Origin: Propionibacteriales bacterium
GTDB lineage: Bacteria; Actinomycetota; Actinomycetes; Propionibacteriales; Propionibacteriaceae
NCBI GenBank assembly: GCA_038220215.1
Contig: JBBRIY010000001.1
Location: 1 to 33,927 of the forward strand
DNA length: 33,927 nt
Direction: 5' to 3'
The translations under genes and the position numbers were made by a program. The notes under the pieces were generated by a model. That model was not told the origin of the DNA, ran no database searches, and was given only the letters and a program-made list of their open reading frames with translations. Of this stretch, positions 26,136 through 33,927 are shown piece after piece; position 1 is the first letter of the stretch, and each line of letters begins with the position of its first letter.

Positions 26136-27020
26136 TCAGGAGAGCGGGTATGCGACGTAGGCGAAGCGGGTGCTGTCGGGTGCCCAGCTAGGGACGTTCA
26201 TCGTCCCCTGACCGCCGAAGAGGTGGACGAGGTCGGTGCCGACGCCGTCGGGGCCGAGCAGGCGGAGAATGACGTCCAGGTCGGCGGGGTGACCGAGCGT
26301 CATTGCCGGGAAGCTGATGTAGGCCACGTGGGTGCCGTCTGGCGAGAGGTGCGGGAACCAGTTCACGCGCTCGTCGCGGGTGAGTTGCTCGATGCCGGAC
26401 CCGTCCAGCCGCATCCGGAACAGCTGGGCGTGCCCGGGCACATCGGAGCCGCGTTCGGAATTGAAGTAGATCCAATCGCCGTCCGGGCTGAACTCGGAGC
26501 CGTCATGGGGAGCGGGGCTGTCGGTCAGCTGAACGTCAGGGCCGCCAGCGGTGGGGACAGTGTAGATGTTCGTCCGGACTCCACCGTCGGGCAGCAGGTC
26601 CATGCCGATGTAGGCCAGCAGCCGGCCGTCAGGGGACACGCCGTGCAGGAAATGGATGAACGCCGGTCCGTGATCGTTCGACACCTGTCGGGACGTCCGC
26701 GCCACCAGGTCGACCTGGTGAAGGTGCCCGTCGAACCCGGACACATAGGCGGAGGTGCCGTCCGGGCTCAGCACATGGTCATTGTTGAGCAGCGGCAGCC
26801 CTGGAACCTCGATCGGTTCGAGCTCCCCGCCGGCTGCCGGGACGCGTTGCAATAGGCCCTCGCCGTTCACGATCAGCCATTCGCCGTCCACCGTCCAGTT
26901 CGGGGCCTCGAAGAGCACCGTTGTCGATTCCGCCACCAGGGTGCTGGCGCCGGTGGCCAGGTTGTAGGTGAACAGTTGCGAGCGCTGCCCGGGCTTGAGG
27001 GTGCGGGACTGCTGTTCCAT
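26136..27020 (-). CDS. TolB-like beta-propeller (PD40 repeat) protein, no signal peptide
   Basis: Repeated [WLVF]SPDG blades: APNWTVDG, LSPDG, VSPDG, FSPDG, LSPDG, WAPDS. Confidence 0.88.
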   Translation of the reverse strand: MEQQSRTLKPGQRSQLFTYNLATGASTLVAESTTVLFEAPNWTVDGEWLIVNGEGLLQRVPAAGGELEPIEVPGLPLLNNDHVLSPDGTSAYVSGFDGHLHQVDLVARTSRQVSNDHGPAFIHFLHGVSPDGRLLAYIGMDLLPDGGVRTNIYTVPTAGGPDVQLTDSPAPHDGSEFSPDGDWIYFNSERGSDVPGHAQLFRMRLDGSGIEQLTRDERVNWFPHLSPDGTHVAYISFPAMTLGHPADLDVILRLLGPDGVGTDLVHLFGGQGTMNVPSWAPDSTRFAYVAYPLS

Positions 27021-27098
27021 GGGGATCCTCCTCGTCGTGGCGTCGTCGCCACCAGCCGCGATGCTGCCAGTTGGTCGCCTCGCCGCCCACGATATGGC

Positions 27099-27119
27099 AC
27101 TGTAGTGAGAGCGATCTCA
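27099..27119 (-). promoter_or_regulatory. LacI-type operator adjacent to the -10 of the TolB-like gene
   Basis: TGAGAGCGATCTCA (27106-27119), one mismatch from perfect TGAGAGCGCTCTCA, next to minus-strand TACAGT (27104-27099). Confidence 0.55.
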
Positions 27120-27175
27120 GACGGCGCCTTGCTGGCGGCAGGAGAATTGCACCAGCCTGAGGAAGAAGGAGCGTC

Positions 27176-27364
27176 ATGAGTCTTGGCGGTTGGGAATGGG
27201 TCATCATCGCTGTCGTGGCGCTGCTGCTGTTCGGTGGCGCGCGGCTCGCCAACTTCGGCAAGGGTGCCGGGCAGGCGATCCGCGGCTTCAAGGACGAGAT
27301 CAAGCCAGTCGGCACTGACGAGACGGCGAACCCGTCCGACGACGACGCCGCCCCCAAAGCCTGA
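27176..27364 (+). CDS. tatA: Twin-arginine translocase TatA/TatE family subunit
   Basis: MSLGGWEWVIIAVVALLLFG hinge, amphipathic G.AIRGFK helix, acidic tail; AGGAG SD. Confidence 0.92.
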   Translation: MSLGGWEWVIIAVVALLLFGGARLANFGKGAGQAIRGFKDEIKPVGTDETANPSDDDAAPKA

Positions 27365-27397
27365 TTCGAGGAAATGTCGCGGTCCCCGGCGACGGGT

Positions 27398-27491
27398 GGA
27401 CCGAATTTGGAACCGTCCCCAACTTGGTCCGCTCGGCCGGGGTGGCGGGACGGTTTGTGCGCGTGCGGACCGAGTGAGGAACCGTCCCCAA
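27398..27491. repeat. REP-like repeat cluster 3
   Basis: GGACCGAATTTGGAACCGTCCCCAA (27398-27422) and GGACCGAGTGAGGAACCGTCCCCAA (27467-27491) are inverse copies (2 and 1 mismatches) of 23118-23142; partial GGGACGGTT at 27447-27455. Confidence 0.75.
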
Positions 27492-27723
27492 TGGGGACCG
27501 CGTGCTCGCGGGAGCAGCGAGGAGACGTTCCTGGTCGCCAGGTCGGGCCTGGGCGCCGGCGCGGCGTCCCGTTCGCGGGACGCGTCTGGGCGGCATCGAC
27601 TGCACCGCACCGCCGACTCGTTGCTGAGCGGCCTCGACGCTTCCGCGCCCTGGTTGGAGCGTGCATATGTATCGGGGCGATAACGATCAGCGCAAGAGGT
27701 CGATAATTTTGCGTGAGAGGCGA

Positions 27724-27751
27724 TGAGAGCGTTTGCGGTCTGTGCTAGCTT
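27724..27751 (+). promoter_or_regulatory. Degenerate LacI-type operator and extended -10 of the mannosidase operon
   Basis: TGAGAGCGTTTGCG (27724-27737) followed by TGC-TAGCTT (27743-27751). Confidence 0.45.
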
Positions 27752-27847
27752 GCCTGCAGTTGGCTGCACCGTTGCGTCAGTGATGGGTCTTCATGGACGG
27801 CAGTCGACACCCGGTCAGACCGGGGTTGTCGGGGTCAAGGAGGACTC

Positions 27848-30430
27848 GTGGGGCAGGGTTGGCTGGATCTGGCTGAGGCCAAGTGGACCGTCCGTGCGGA
27901 TGCGTCCGGCCATGGCTGGGCTGGGGTGCCCGAAGCCCTGCGTGACCAACTCGCCGCCGGTATCCCGGCCACCGTGCCCGGTGTGGTGCACACCGATCTT
28001 CTGGCAGAGGGCCTCATCGACGACCCGTACCTGGGCACTGCAGAGGCGGACCAGCACTGGGTGGGCCAGCAGGCCTGGACCTACCGTGCTGAATTCGACC
28101 TCGCGTCCTACGCGGAGGAACTGAAGTCCGCCAACTGCGAACTGCTCTGCGATGGACTCGACACCATCGCAGAGGTGTTCTGCAACGGCACGCACGTCGG
28201 TGGCTCGGTCAACATGCACCGCCGCAACGTCTTCTCCGTCGGGAACCTGCTCCGGGCCGGGACGAACGTCATCGAGGTCACCTTCGCCCCAGTGCTGGAG
28301 TACACCGCGCAGATGGCGGCGCTGGTCGGCGAGCGGATCCACGTCGAGCGTGACCCGTACAACCTCGTCCGCAAGATGGCCTGCAACTTCGGCTGGGACT
28401 GGGGGCCACGCCTCATCACGGCCGGCATCTGGAAGACGATCGGCCTGCGCAGCTGGGAGACCGCCCGCATCACCGACCTCGCCGTCTTCGCCACAGCCAC
28501 CCCGAACGGCTCGGGCGGCTGGAACGGCGAGCTGCGCGTGCACGTCCAGGTCTCCGGTGCCACCCGCTTCGCAGCCCTCACCGTGCGAGTGCACGGAACG
28601 GGCGCGACCTCCGCCGACGCAGAGGCGGGAGCGTCGGCAGAGGACTGGACGGAAATCGTCATCCCGATCAGCGACATCGAGCCCTGGTGGCCGCACAGCA
28701 TCGGCGACCAGCCGCTGTACACCGTCGACGTGATGCTGCACAACGACGTCGCCGTCCTCGACGAGGTGCAGCGCGAGACCGGCTTCCGCAGCATCGAGCT
28801 CGACACCACCCCGGACGCCGACGGTGACGGTGCGACCTTCGGCCTGCGGATCAACGGTGAACTGGTGTTCGTCCGCGGCATGGACTGGATTCCCGACGAC
28901 TGCTTCCCGAGCCGGATCACTCCCGAGCGCTACCGCGAGCGGGTGCAGCAGGCCAAGGACGCCAACGTCGACCTGCTGCGCATCTGGGGCGGCGGCATCT
29001 ACGAGCAGGCGGCCTTCTACAAGGCGTGCGACGAGCTGGGCGTCATGGTGTGGCAGGACTTCTGCCTCGCCTGCGCCGCCTACCCCGAGGAGGAGCCGTT
29101 CCGCTTCGAGGTGGAGGCGGAGGCCCGCGACAACGTGATCCGGTTGTCCGCACACCCCTCGCTGGTCGTCTGGAACGGCAACAACGAGTGCATCTGGGGC
29201 TTCCACGACTGGAACTGGGCCGACAAGCTCGAGGGTCGCACCTGGGGTTCGGGTTACTACTACGACCTCCTCCCGCAGGTCGTCGCAGAGCTCGACCCGT
29301 CCCGTCCGTACTGGCCCGGCAGCCCGTCCTCGGGCCCGGAAGAGGTGGCCAAGGGCCTGCACCCCAACGACCCGAACTACGGCTGCGTGCACATCTGGGA
29401 TGTCTGGAACGATCGCGACTACACCGGTTACGACGCCTACTCCCCGCGGTTCGTCAGCGAGTTCGGTTACCAGGGGCCGGCGACCTGGGCCACCTGGGCA
29501 CGCACGCTCGAGCCGCAGGACCGCAGCGCCACCTCAGCAGCCATGCTGGCGCACCAGAAGGCCGCCGGCGGCAACACCAAGCTCAACAGCGGCATCGTCG
29601 GCCACCTGCCCGCCCCCGGCGAGGGCATTGACGACTTCGACGAGTGGCTGTTCGCGATGCAGCTGCAGCAGGCCCGGGCCGTCCGCTACGGCATCGACCG
29701 CTGGCGATCGCTGCGGGGACGTTGTCTCGGCTCGATCGTGTGGCAGCTCAACGACTGCTGGCCCGTGACGTCCTGGGCGGCCCTCGACCTCGGCACCAAT
29801 GCCGCCGGCGGGACCGTGGCCCGCCGCAAGCCGCTGTGGTACGCGGTGCGCTCGGCGTACGCCGACCGCGTGGCGCTCCTGTCGCCGGAGGGCGGCCAGT
29901 GGCGGCTGTCGCTGGTCAACGACAGCGTGGCCGAGTGGAACGCCGCCGGTCAGGTGGAGCTGCGCCGCCTCTCGGGAGAAGTGCTCTGGTCGACACCGGT
30001 GGACGCCGTCGTGCCGGTCCGGGACCGGCTGGACGTGGCCGTCTCCGTCCCGGTTCCCGAGGCAGCAACCGATGACCTGGCCATCGTCGTCACCGTCCGC
30101 GGCGCCGAACGGCTCGTCAGGCTCCTTGTCGAGGACGTCGAAGCGTCCATCCCCGTGCCAGCCCTCGAAGGGACGGTCACCGCGACACCGGCCGGCGCTG
30201 CCGTGACGGTGGTGGCCGGCAGTTTCCTGCGGACCCTGTGCCTGTTCGCCGACCGGGTCTGCGAGGACGCGACGACCGACACCATGATGGTCGACCTGTT
30301 CCCGGGCGAATCCCACACCTTCGACGTCGCAGGAGACCTCGAGGGCATCGAGTTGTCGCAGCTCACGGGCCCGACAGTGCTGCGCTCCCTGACCGTGCCG
30401 CTCGCCCTTGGAGCCGCCCGGGAGAGATGA
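27848..30430 (+). CDS. GH2 beta-mannosidase-like glycoside hydrolase
   Basis: RK..CNFGWDWGP, LRIWGGGIYE, WQDF, WNGNNE (acid/base), RFVSEFG (nucleophile), WQLNDCWP; AGGAGG SD; no signal peptide. Confidence 0.93.
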   Translation: MGQGWLDLAEAKWTVRADASGHGWAGVPEALRDQLAAGIPATVPGVVHTDLLAEGLIDDPYLGTAEADQHWVGQQAWTYRAEFDLASYAEELKSANCELLCDGLDTIAEVFCNGTHVGGSVNMHRRNVFSVGNLLRAGTNVIEVTFAPVLEYTAQMAALVGERIHVERDPYNLVRKMACNFGWDWGPRLITAGIWKTIGLRSWETARITDLAVFATATPNGSGGWNGELRVHVQVSGATRFAALTVRVHGTGATSADAEAGASAEDWTEIVIPISDIEPWWPHSIGDQPLYTVDVMLHNDVAVLDEVQRETGFRSIELDTTPDADGDGATFGLRINGELVFVRGMDWIPDDCFPSRITPERYRERVQQAKDANVDLLRIWGGGIYEQAAFYKACDELGVMVWQDFCLACAAYPEEEPFRFEVEAEARDNVIRLSAHPSLVVWNGNNECIWGFHDWNWADKLEGRTWGSGYYYDLLPQVVAELDPSRPYWPGSPSSGPEEVAKGLHPNDPNYGCVHIWDVWNDRDYTGYDAYSPRFVSEFGYQGPATWATWARTLEPQDRSATSAAMLAHQKAAGGNTKLNSGIVGHLPAPGEGIDDFDEWLFAMQLQQARAVRYGIDRWRSLRGRCLGSIVWQLNDCWPVTSWAALDLGTNAAGGTVARRKPLWYAVRSAYADRVALLSPEGGQWRLSLVNDSVAEWNAAGQVELRRLSGEVLWSTPVDAVVPVRDRLDVAVSVPVPEAATDDLAIVVTVRGAERLVRLLVEDVEASIPVPALEGTVTATPAGAAVTVVAGSFLRTLCLFADRVCEDATTDTMMVDLFPGESHTFDVAGDLEGIELSQLTGPTVLRSLTVPLALGAARER

Positions 30431-30540
30431 GCGCGCAGGCCCGGTCCTCGCGCCGGGCACCAACAAGGAATCGTTAGTCAACGAAGACTCAACAAAAACC
30501 ATCGGACCCCGGAGCGGGGCCAGTCAACAGGAGGAAGTCA

Positions 30541-32352
30541 ATGTCAGATTCCGTCTTCGAGCAGCCGTCGCGCCGCTCGTTCATCAAGATCGGTGGCCTT
30601 GCGATCGGCGGCCTCGCCCTCGCGGCGTGTGCACCGGCTGCCAACACCGGCGCATCCGGCGGCGCCACCGGCGGCACCGAGGCCAAGCTCGGCGTCGGCA
30701 ACAATGGCCAGGTCGGCAAGGGCCGCGCCGGAGCCACCGCCGACAGCCTGCTGATCGCCGGCTTCCAGTGGGGGCCGCCGGCCACGTTCAACCCGCTCTC
30801 CCCGACAGCTGCCTGGCCGGCATCTGGCAACGTCATGCAGATCGTGTTCGAAAGCCTGCTCCGCTGGAACATCGCCACCGGTGAGGTCATGCCGGGCCTG
30901 GCCAAGGAGTACAAGCTCGACGGCACCAAGACCATCACCCTCACCATGCAGGACGGCGTGACCTTCTCTGACGGCAGCCCCTGCACCGCCAAGGACGTCG
31001 TTGCAACCTTCGAGCTCGGCAAGAAGAACCCCGGCATCTCGACTGCGTCCTTCTGGGCCGCCGCCGACGCCATCGCGGCGCCCGACGACAAGACCGTCGT
31101 CGTCACGGTCAGCGCCACGACCAAGAACGTGGGTCAGGTGCTGCGGATGCTCACCGAGACCTACATCCTGCCGACAGCCGTGTTCTCGAAGATCGCAGAC
31201 GACAAGCTGCCCACCGAGATCATGGACAAGCCGATCGGCACCGGTCCGTTCACGCTGAGCAAGGCCGACCAGACTCAGGTCGTGCTGGCGCTTAACGAGA
31301 ACTACTGGGGCAAGACGTTCTACGGCGGCCTGCCGGTGATGAAGCAGATCATCCACCCGATCTTCAAGTCCAACGAGGATGGCAACATCAAGTTCCAGGC
31401 CGGCGAACTGGACATCATGCAGCAGTTCGTCTCCCAGATCTGGAAGATGTGGGAGGGTGGCAAGCCGGTCGGCACCTACCTCAAGGACAAGCCGTACTTC
31501 GTCCCGGGCAGCATGCCGATGCTGTTGATGAACACCACCAAGAAGGGCCTCGACAACCCGGCCGTGCGCAAGGCCATCGCTTCGGCGATCGACTACGCGT
31601 CGATCGCAGAGACGGCCATGTCGGGTTACTCCGCCGAGGTGCAGGCGAGCCTCATCCTGCCGACCGGTGCAGAAGGCAAGTTCTTCAACGCCGACGACGC
31701 CAAGGCCAATGGCTGGAAGTACGACGCGGCCGCAGCGGAGAAGCTGCTCACCGACGCCGGAGCCAAGAAGGGCGGCGACGGTGTCTACACCATCGACGGC
31801 ACCCGCCTCGGCCCGTGGAAGCTGATCACCCCGACCGGCTGGACCGACTGGAACGCATCTTGCGAGATCATCGCGAAGAGCCTGAAGGCGATCGGCATCG
31901 ACTGCTCGACCAACTTCCCGCAGCAGGCTGAGACCACCCAGGCCATCCAGGGTGGAACCTTCGACCTGGCCGTCTGGTACGTGTCCGGTGTGAACCCGGC
32001 CACCCCGTGGGCCCGGTTCAAGGACATCATGAGCCAGTCCGAGGTGCAGCCGATCGGCAAGACGACCTTCGCCAACTACGGCCGGTGGAAGAACGCGGAC
32101 GTCGAGGCACTCCTCACCGAGGCCTCGCAGGCGACCGACGATGCCGGCAAGAAGGCTGCCTACGACAAGCTGGATGCGCTGTACCGCATGGAAGTTCCCG
32201 CCTGCCCGATCATGTACCGGCCGGACGAGTTCTACGAGTACAACGCCACCAACTTCTTCAACTGGCCCGACGAGAAGAACAGCTACGCCCCGCCGATGTT
32301 CCGCGGCGCCGGCAACACGTGGATGTACAAGATCAAGAAGATCGCCGGCTGA
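30541..32352 (+). CDS. ABC substrate-binding lipoprotein, family 5, Tat-exported; probably oligosaccharide-binding
   Basis: SRRSFIK twin-arginine motif, LAAC lipobox, GVTFSDG.P.TA.DV, PIGTGPF, PTGWTDW. Confidence 0.92.
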   Translation: MSDSVFEQPSRRSFIKIGGLAIGGLALAACAPAANTGASGGATGGTEAKLGVGNNGQVGKGRAGATADSLLIAGFQWGPPATFNPLSPTAAWPASGNVMQIVFESLLRWNIATGEVMPGLAKEYKLDGTKTITLTMQDGVTFSDGSPCTAKDVVATFELGKKNPGISTASFWAAADAIAAPDDKTVVVTVSATTKNVGQVLRMLTETYILPTAVFSKIADDKLPTEIMDKPIGTGPFTLSKADQTQVVLALNENYWGKTFYGGLPVMKQIIHPIFKSNEDGNIKFQAGELDIMQQFVSQIWKMWEGGKPVGTYLKDKPYFVPGSMPMLLMNTTKKGLDNPAVRKAIASAIDYASIAETAMSGYSAEVQASLILPTGAEGKFFNADDAKANGWKYDAAAAEKLLTDAGAKKGGDGVYTIDGTRLGPWKLITPTGWTDWNASCEIIAKSLKAIGIDCSTNFPQQAETTQAIQGGTFDLAVWYVSGVNPATPWARFKDIMSQSEVQPIGKTTFANYGRWKNADVEALLTEASQATDDAGKKAAYDKLDALYRMEVPACPIMYRPDEFYEYNATNFFNWPDEKNSYAPPMFRGAGNTWMYKIKKIAG

Positions 32353-32384
32353 GTCAGCGTCCGTTCTAGGAAAGTTGGATTGCC

Positions 32385-33392
32385 ATGGGTCTAAGGCGCT
32401 ATCTGGCCAACAAGACCGTCTGGTATCTGGGTGCGCTGGTGGTAGCCGTTGTTCTGAACTTCGTGCTACCCCGGCTCATCCCGGGTAACCCGGTCGACGT
32501 GCTGGTTTCGAAGATGGGCCAGGGAGGCTTGTCCTCCGAGGCCCAGGCTCGAACGTATGAGGCTTTCATGAGGGAGTTCGGCCTTGACAAGCCGCTCTGG
32601 GACCAGTTCGTGTTGTACATCACGGGCGTGTTCGGCGGGAATTTCGGGGCATCGTTCTCGTTCTACCCCACCCCGGTGTCGAGCCTCATCGCCCAATCGG
32701 TGCCTTACACCCTGGCACTCCAACTTCCCGCAATCGTCCTCGGCTGGATCATCGGCAACCTCCTTGGCGCCATCGCCGCCTACAAGGGCGGCGGCTGGGA
32801 CAAGTCGGTGTTCACGACAGCACTGTTGTTCAACTCCACGCCGTATTACTGCTTGTCGATCATCCTGCTCTACGTCTTCGGCGTCGTCCTCGGCTGGTTC
32901 CCGGTGGGTGGGGCCTACTCCCTTGGTAGTTCGCCGGAGTGGAGCTGGACATTCTTCTCTGATGCCCTCACCTATTGGTACTTGCCCTTCGCCTCGCTCG
33001 TGCTCATCAACATCGGCGGCCAGGCCGTCGGCATGCGCTCGATGGCCATCTACGAACTGGGTTCCGATTACGTCAACTACTCCCGGAGCCTGGGCATCGG
33101 TGACCGCAAGATGACTGGCTACATCTTCCGCAACGCCATGCTGCCCCAGATCACCGGTCTTGCCCTGAGCATCGGCACGATGGTGGGCGGAGCGCTAATC
33201 ACGGAGTTGGTGTTCAGCTATCCGGGGATGGGGTCGTTGCTGTTCGGCGCGATCTCCTCCAACGACTACCCGGTGATCCAGGCGGTCACGCTGATCATTA
33301 CGATCGCCGTGCTCGTCGCCAACTATCTGGTCGAGATCCTCTACGGCTTCATCGACCCGCGGATCCGCGCTTCCAAGTCCGGGGAGAAGTGA
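32385..33392 (+). CDS. ABC transporter permease (DppB/OppB type)
   Basis: FVLPRLIPGNP, FGLDKPL, EAA-like loop, ITELVFSYPGMG, NDYPVIQ, DPRI. Confidence 0.95.
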   Translation: MGLRRYLANKTVWYLGALVVAVVLNFVLPRLIPGNPVDVLVSKMGQGGLSSEAQARTYEAFMREFGLDKPLWDQFVLYITGVFGGNFGASFSFYPTPVSSLIAQSVPYTLALQLPAIVLGWIIGNLLGAIAAYKGGGWDKSVFTTALLFNSTPYYCLSIILLYVFGVVLGWFPVGGAYSLGSSPEWSWTFFSDALTYWYLPFASLVLINIGGQAVGMRSMAIYELGSDYVNYSRSLGIGDRKMTGYIFRNAMLPQITGLALSIGTMVGGALITELVFSYPGMGSLLFGAISSNDYPVIQAVTLIITIAVLVANYLVEILYGFIDPRIRASKSGEK

Positions 33393-33393
33393 T

Positions 33394-33927
33394 ATGACCA
33401 ACATTCAGAGCGCCGCCGTCACTGCAGAAGCCGCGGGACCGCTGGTTCCCGAGGGTCTGCCCAACGAACCAGAGAAGACCAAACCGGCCTGGCGGAGCCT
33501 CAACTTCGGCTCACGCATGTGGATTGCGCTCGGCATCATCGGCGCGGTCGTAGCCCTCGCCTTCATCGGGCCCCTGTTCTACCCCTACGGGCCGGACCAG
33601 AAGGTCGGTTCGCTGTACGACTCCCCGTCGGCACAGCACATCCTCGGCACTGAGAACTTCGGCTACGACGTGCTCGCCGTCCTGATGGCCAGCACCCGAA
33701 CGTCGCTGACGATCGGCCTGCTGGCCGGCACCATCGCGGTGGCGATCGGCGTCGCCATCGGCGTCCTGGCAGGCTATGTCGGCGGCTGGGTGGAGGAGCT
33801 GTTGATGGGCTTCACCAACATCGTGCTGGCGATCCCGTCCATCGTCATCCTGATCCTGATCTCCATCTCACTGCAGAGCACGGGCATCCCCTTCCTCAAG
33901 GGAGCCGTAGGGCTGGCGCTGGTGATC
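33394..33927 (+). CDS. ABC transporter permease (DppC/OppC type), truncated by the window end
   Basis: Read directly: ATG 33394, ...PSAQHILGTENFGYDVL...RTSLTIG...GVLAGYVGGWVEE; open to the window edge. Confidence 0.9.
   Translation, partial: MTNIQSAAVTAEAAGPLVPEGLPNEPEKTKPAWRSLNFGSRMWIALGIIGAVVALAFIGPLFYPYGPDQKVGSLYDSPSAQHILGTENFGYDVLAVLMASTRTSLTIGLLAGTIAVAIGVAIGVLAGYVGGWVEELLMGFTNIVLAIPSIVILILISISLQSTGIPFLKGAVGLALVI

Noticed and set aside
27398-27491. Two 25-nt direct repeats separated by 44 nt as a mini-CRISPR array
   Set aside because: Only two imperfect units, inverse copies dispersed elsewhere, a partial inverse copy inside the spacer and no cas genes; this fits a REP-like element better.
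27500-27700. Possible pseudogene remnant between tatA and the mannosidase
   Set aside because: No recognisable motif in any frame; cannot be supported without a search.
32385-33392. Slightly more A/T-ending codons in the DppB-type permease as a sign of recent transfer
   Set aside because: Impression only, not quantified; the gene is intact and in operon context.

Overview
High-GC actinobacterial chromosome segment. Gene content suggests Propionibacteriaceae (inference only). No integrase, transposase, rRNA, tRNA or CRISPR was found. Left part is core-genome-like: stand-alone groEL, cutC, CDF transporter, Nudix operon, cold-shock protein, DUF3027, DUF2530 and an NCS2 purine permease. The middle holds a TetR-controlled MacAB-like ABC exporter, acVLRF1, ideR/dtxR, a thioredoxin, three transporters and a leucyl aminopeptidase. 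The right part is a carbohydrate region bracketed by REP-like GGGGACGGTTC repeats: a P-loop kinase fused to a GH13_18 phosphorylase, a TolB-like protein, an orphan tatA, a GH2 beta-mannosidase and a Tat-dependent family-5 ABC importer. Best leads: (1) the kinase-phosphorylase fusion, a candidate single-chain sucrose kinase/sucrose-phosphate phosphorylase; (2) an unannotated ~80-nt C6-loop small RNA with a near-consensus promoter under a perfect 24-bp palindrome; (3) a ~400-nt highly structured intergenic region; (4) the REP-like repeat family; (5) LacI-type operators linking the TolB-like gene to the mannosidase operon; (6) a 31-aa leaderless membrane ORF absent from the ORF track. All family calls come from motif recognition, not database searches.
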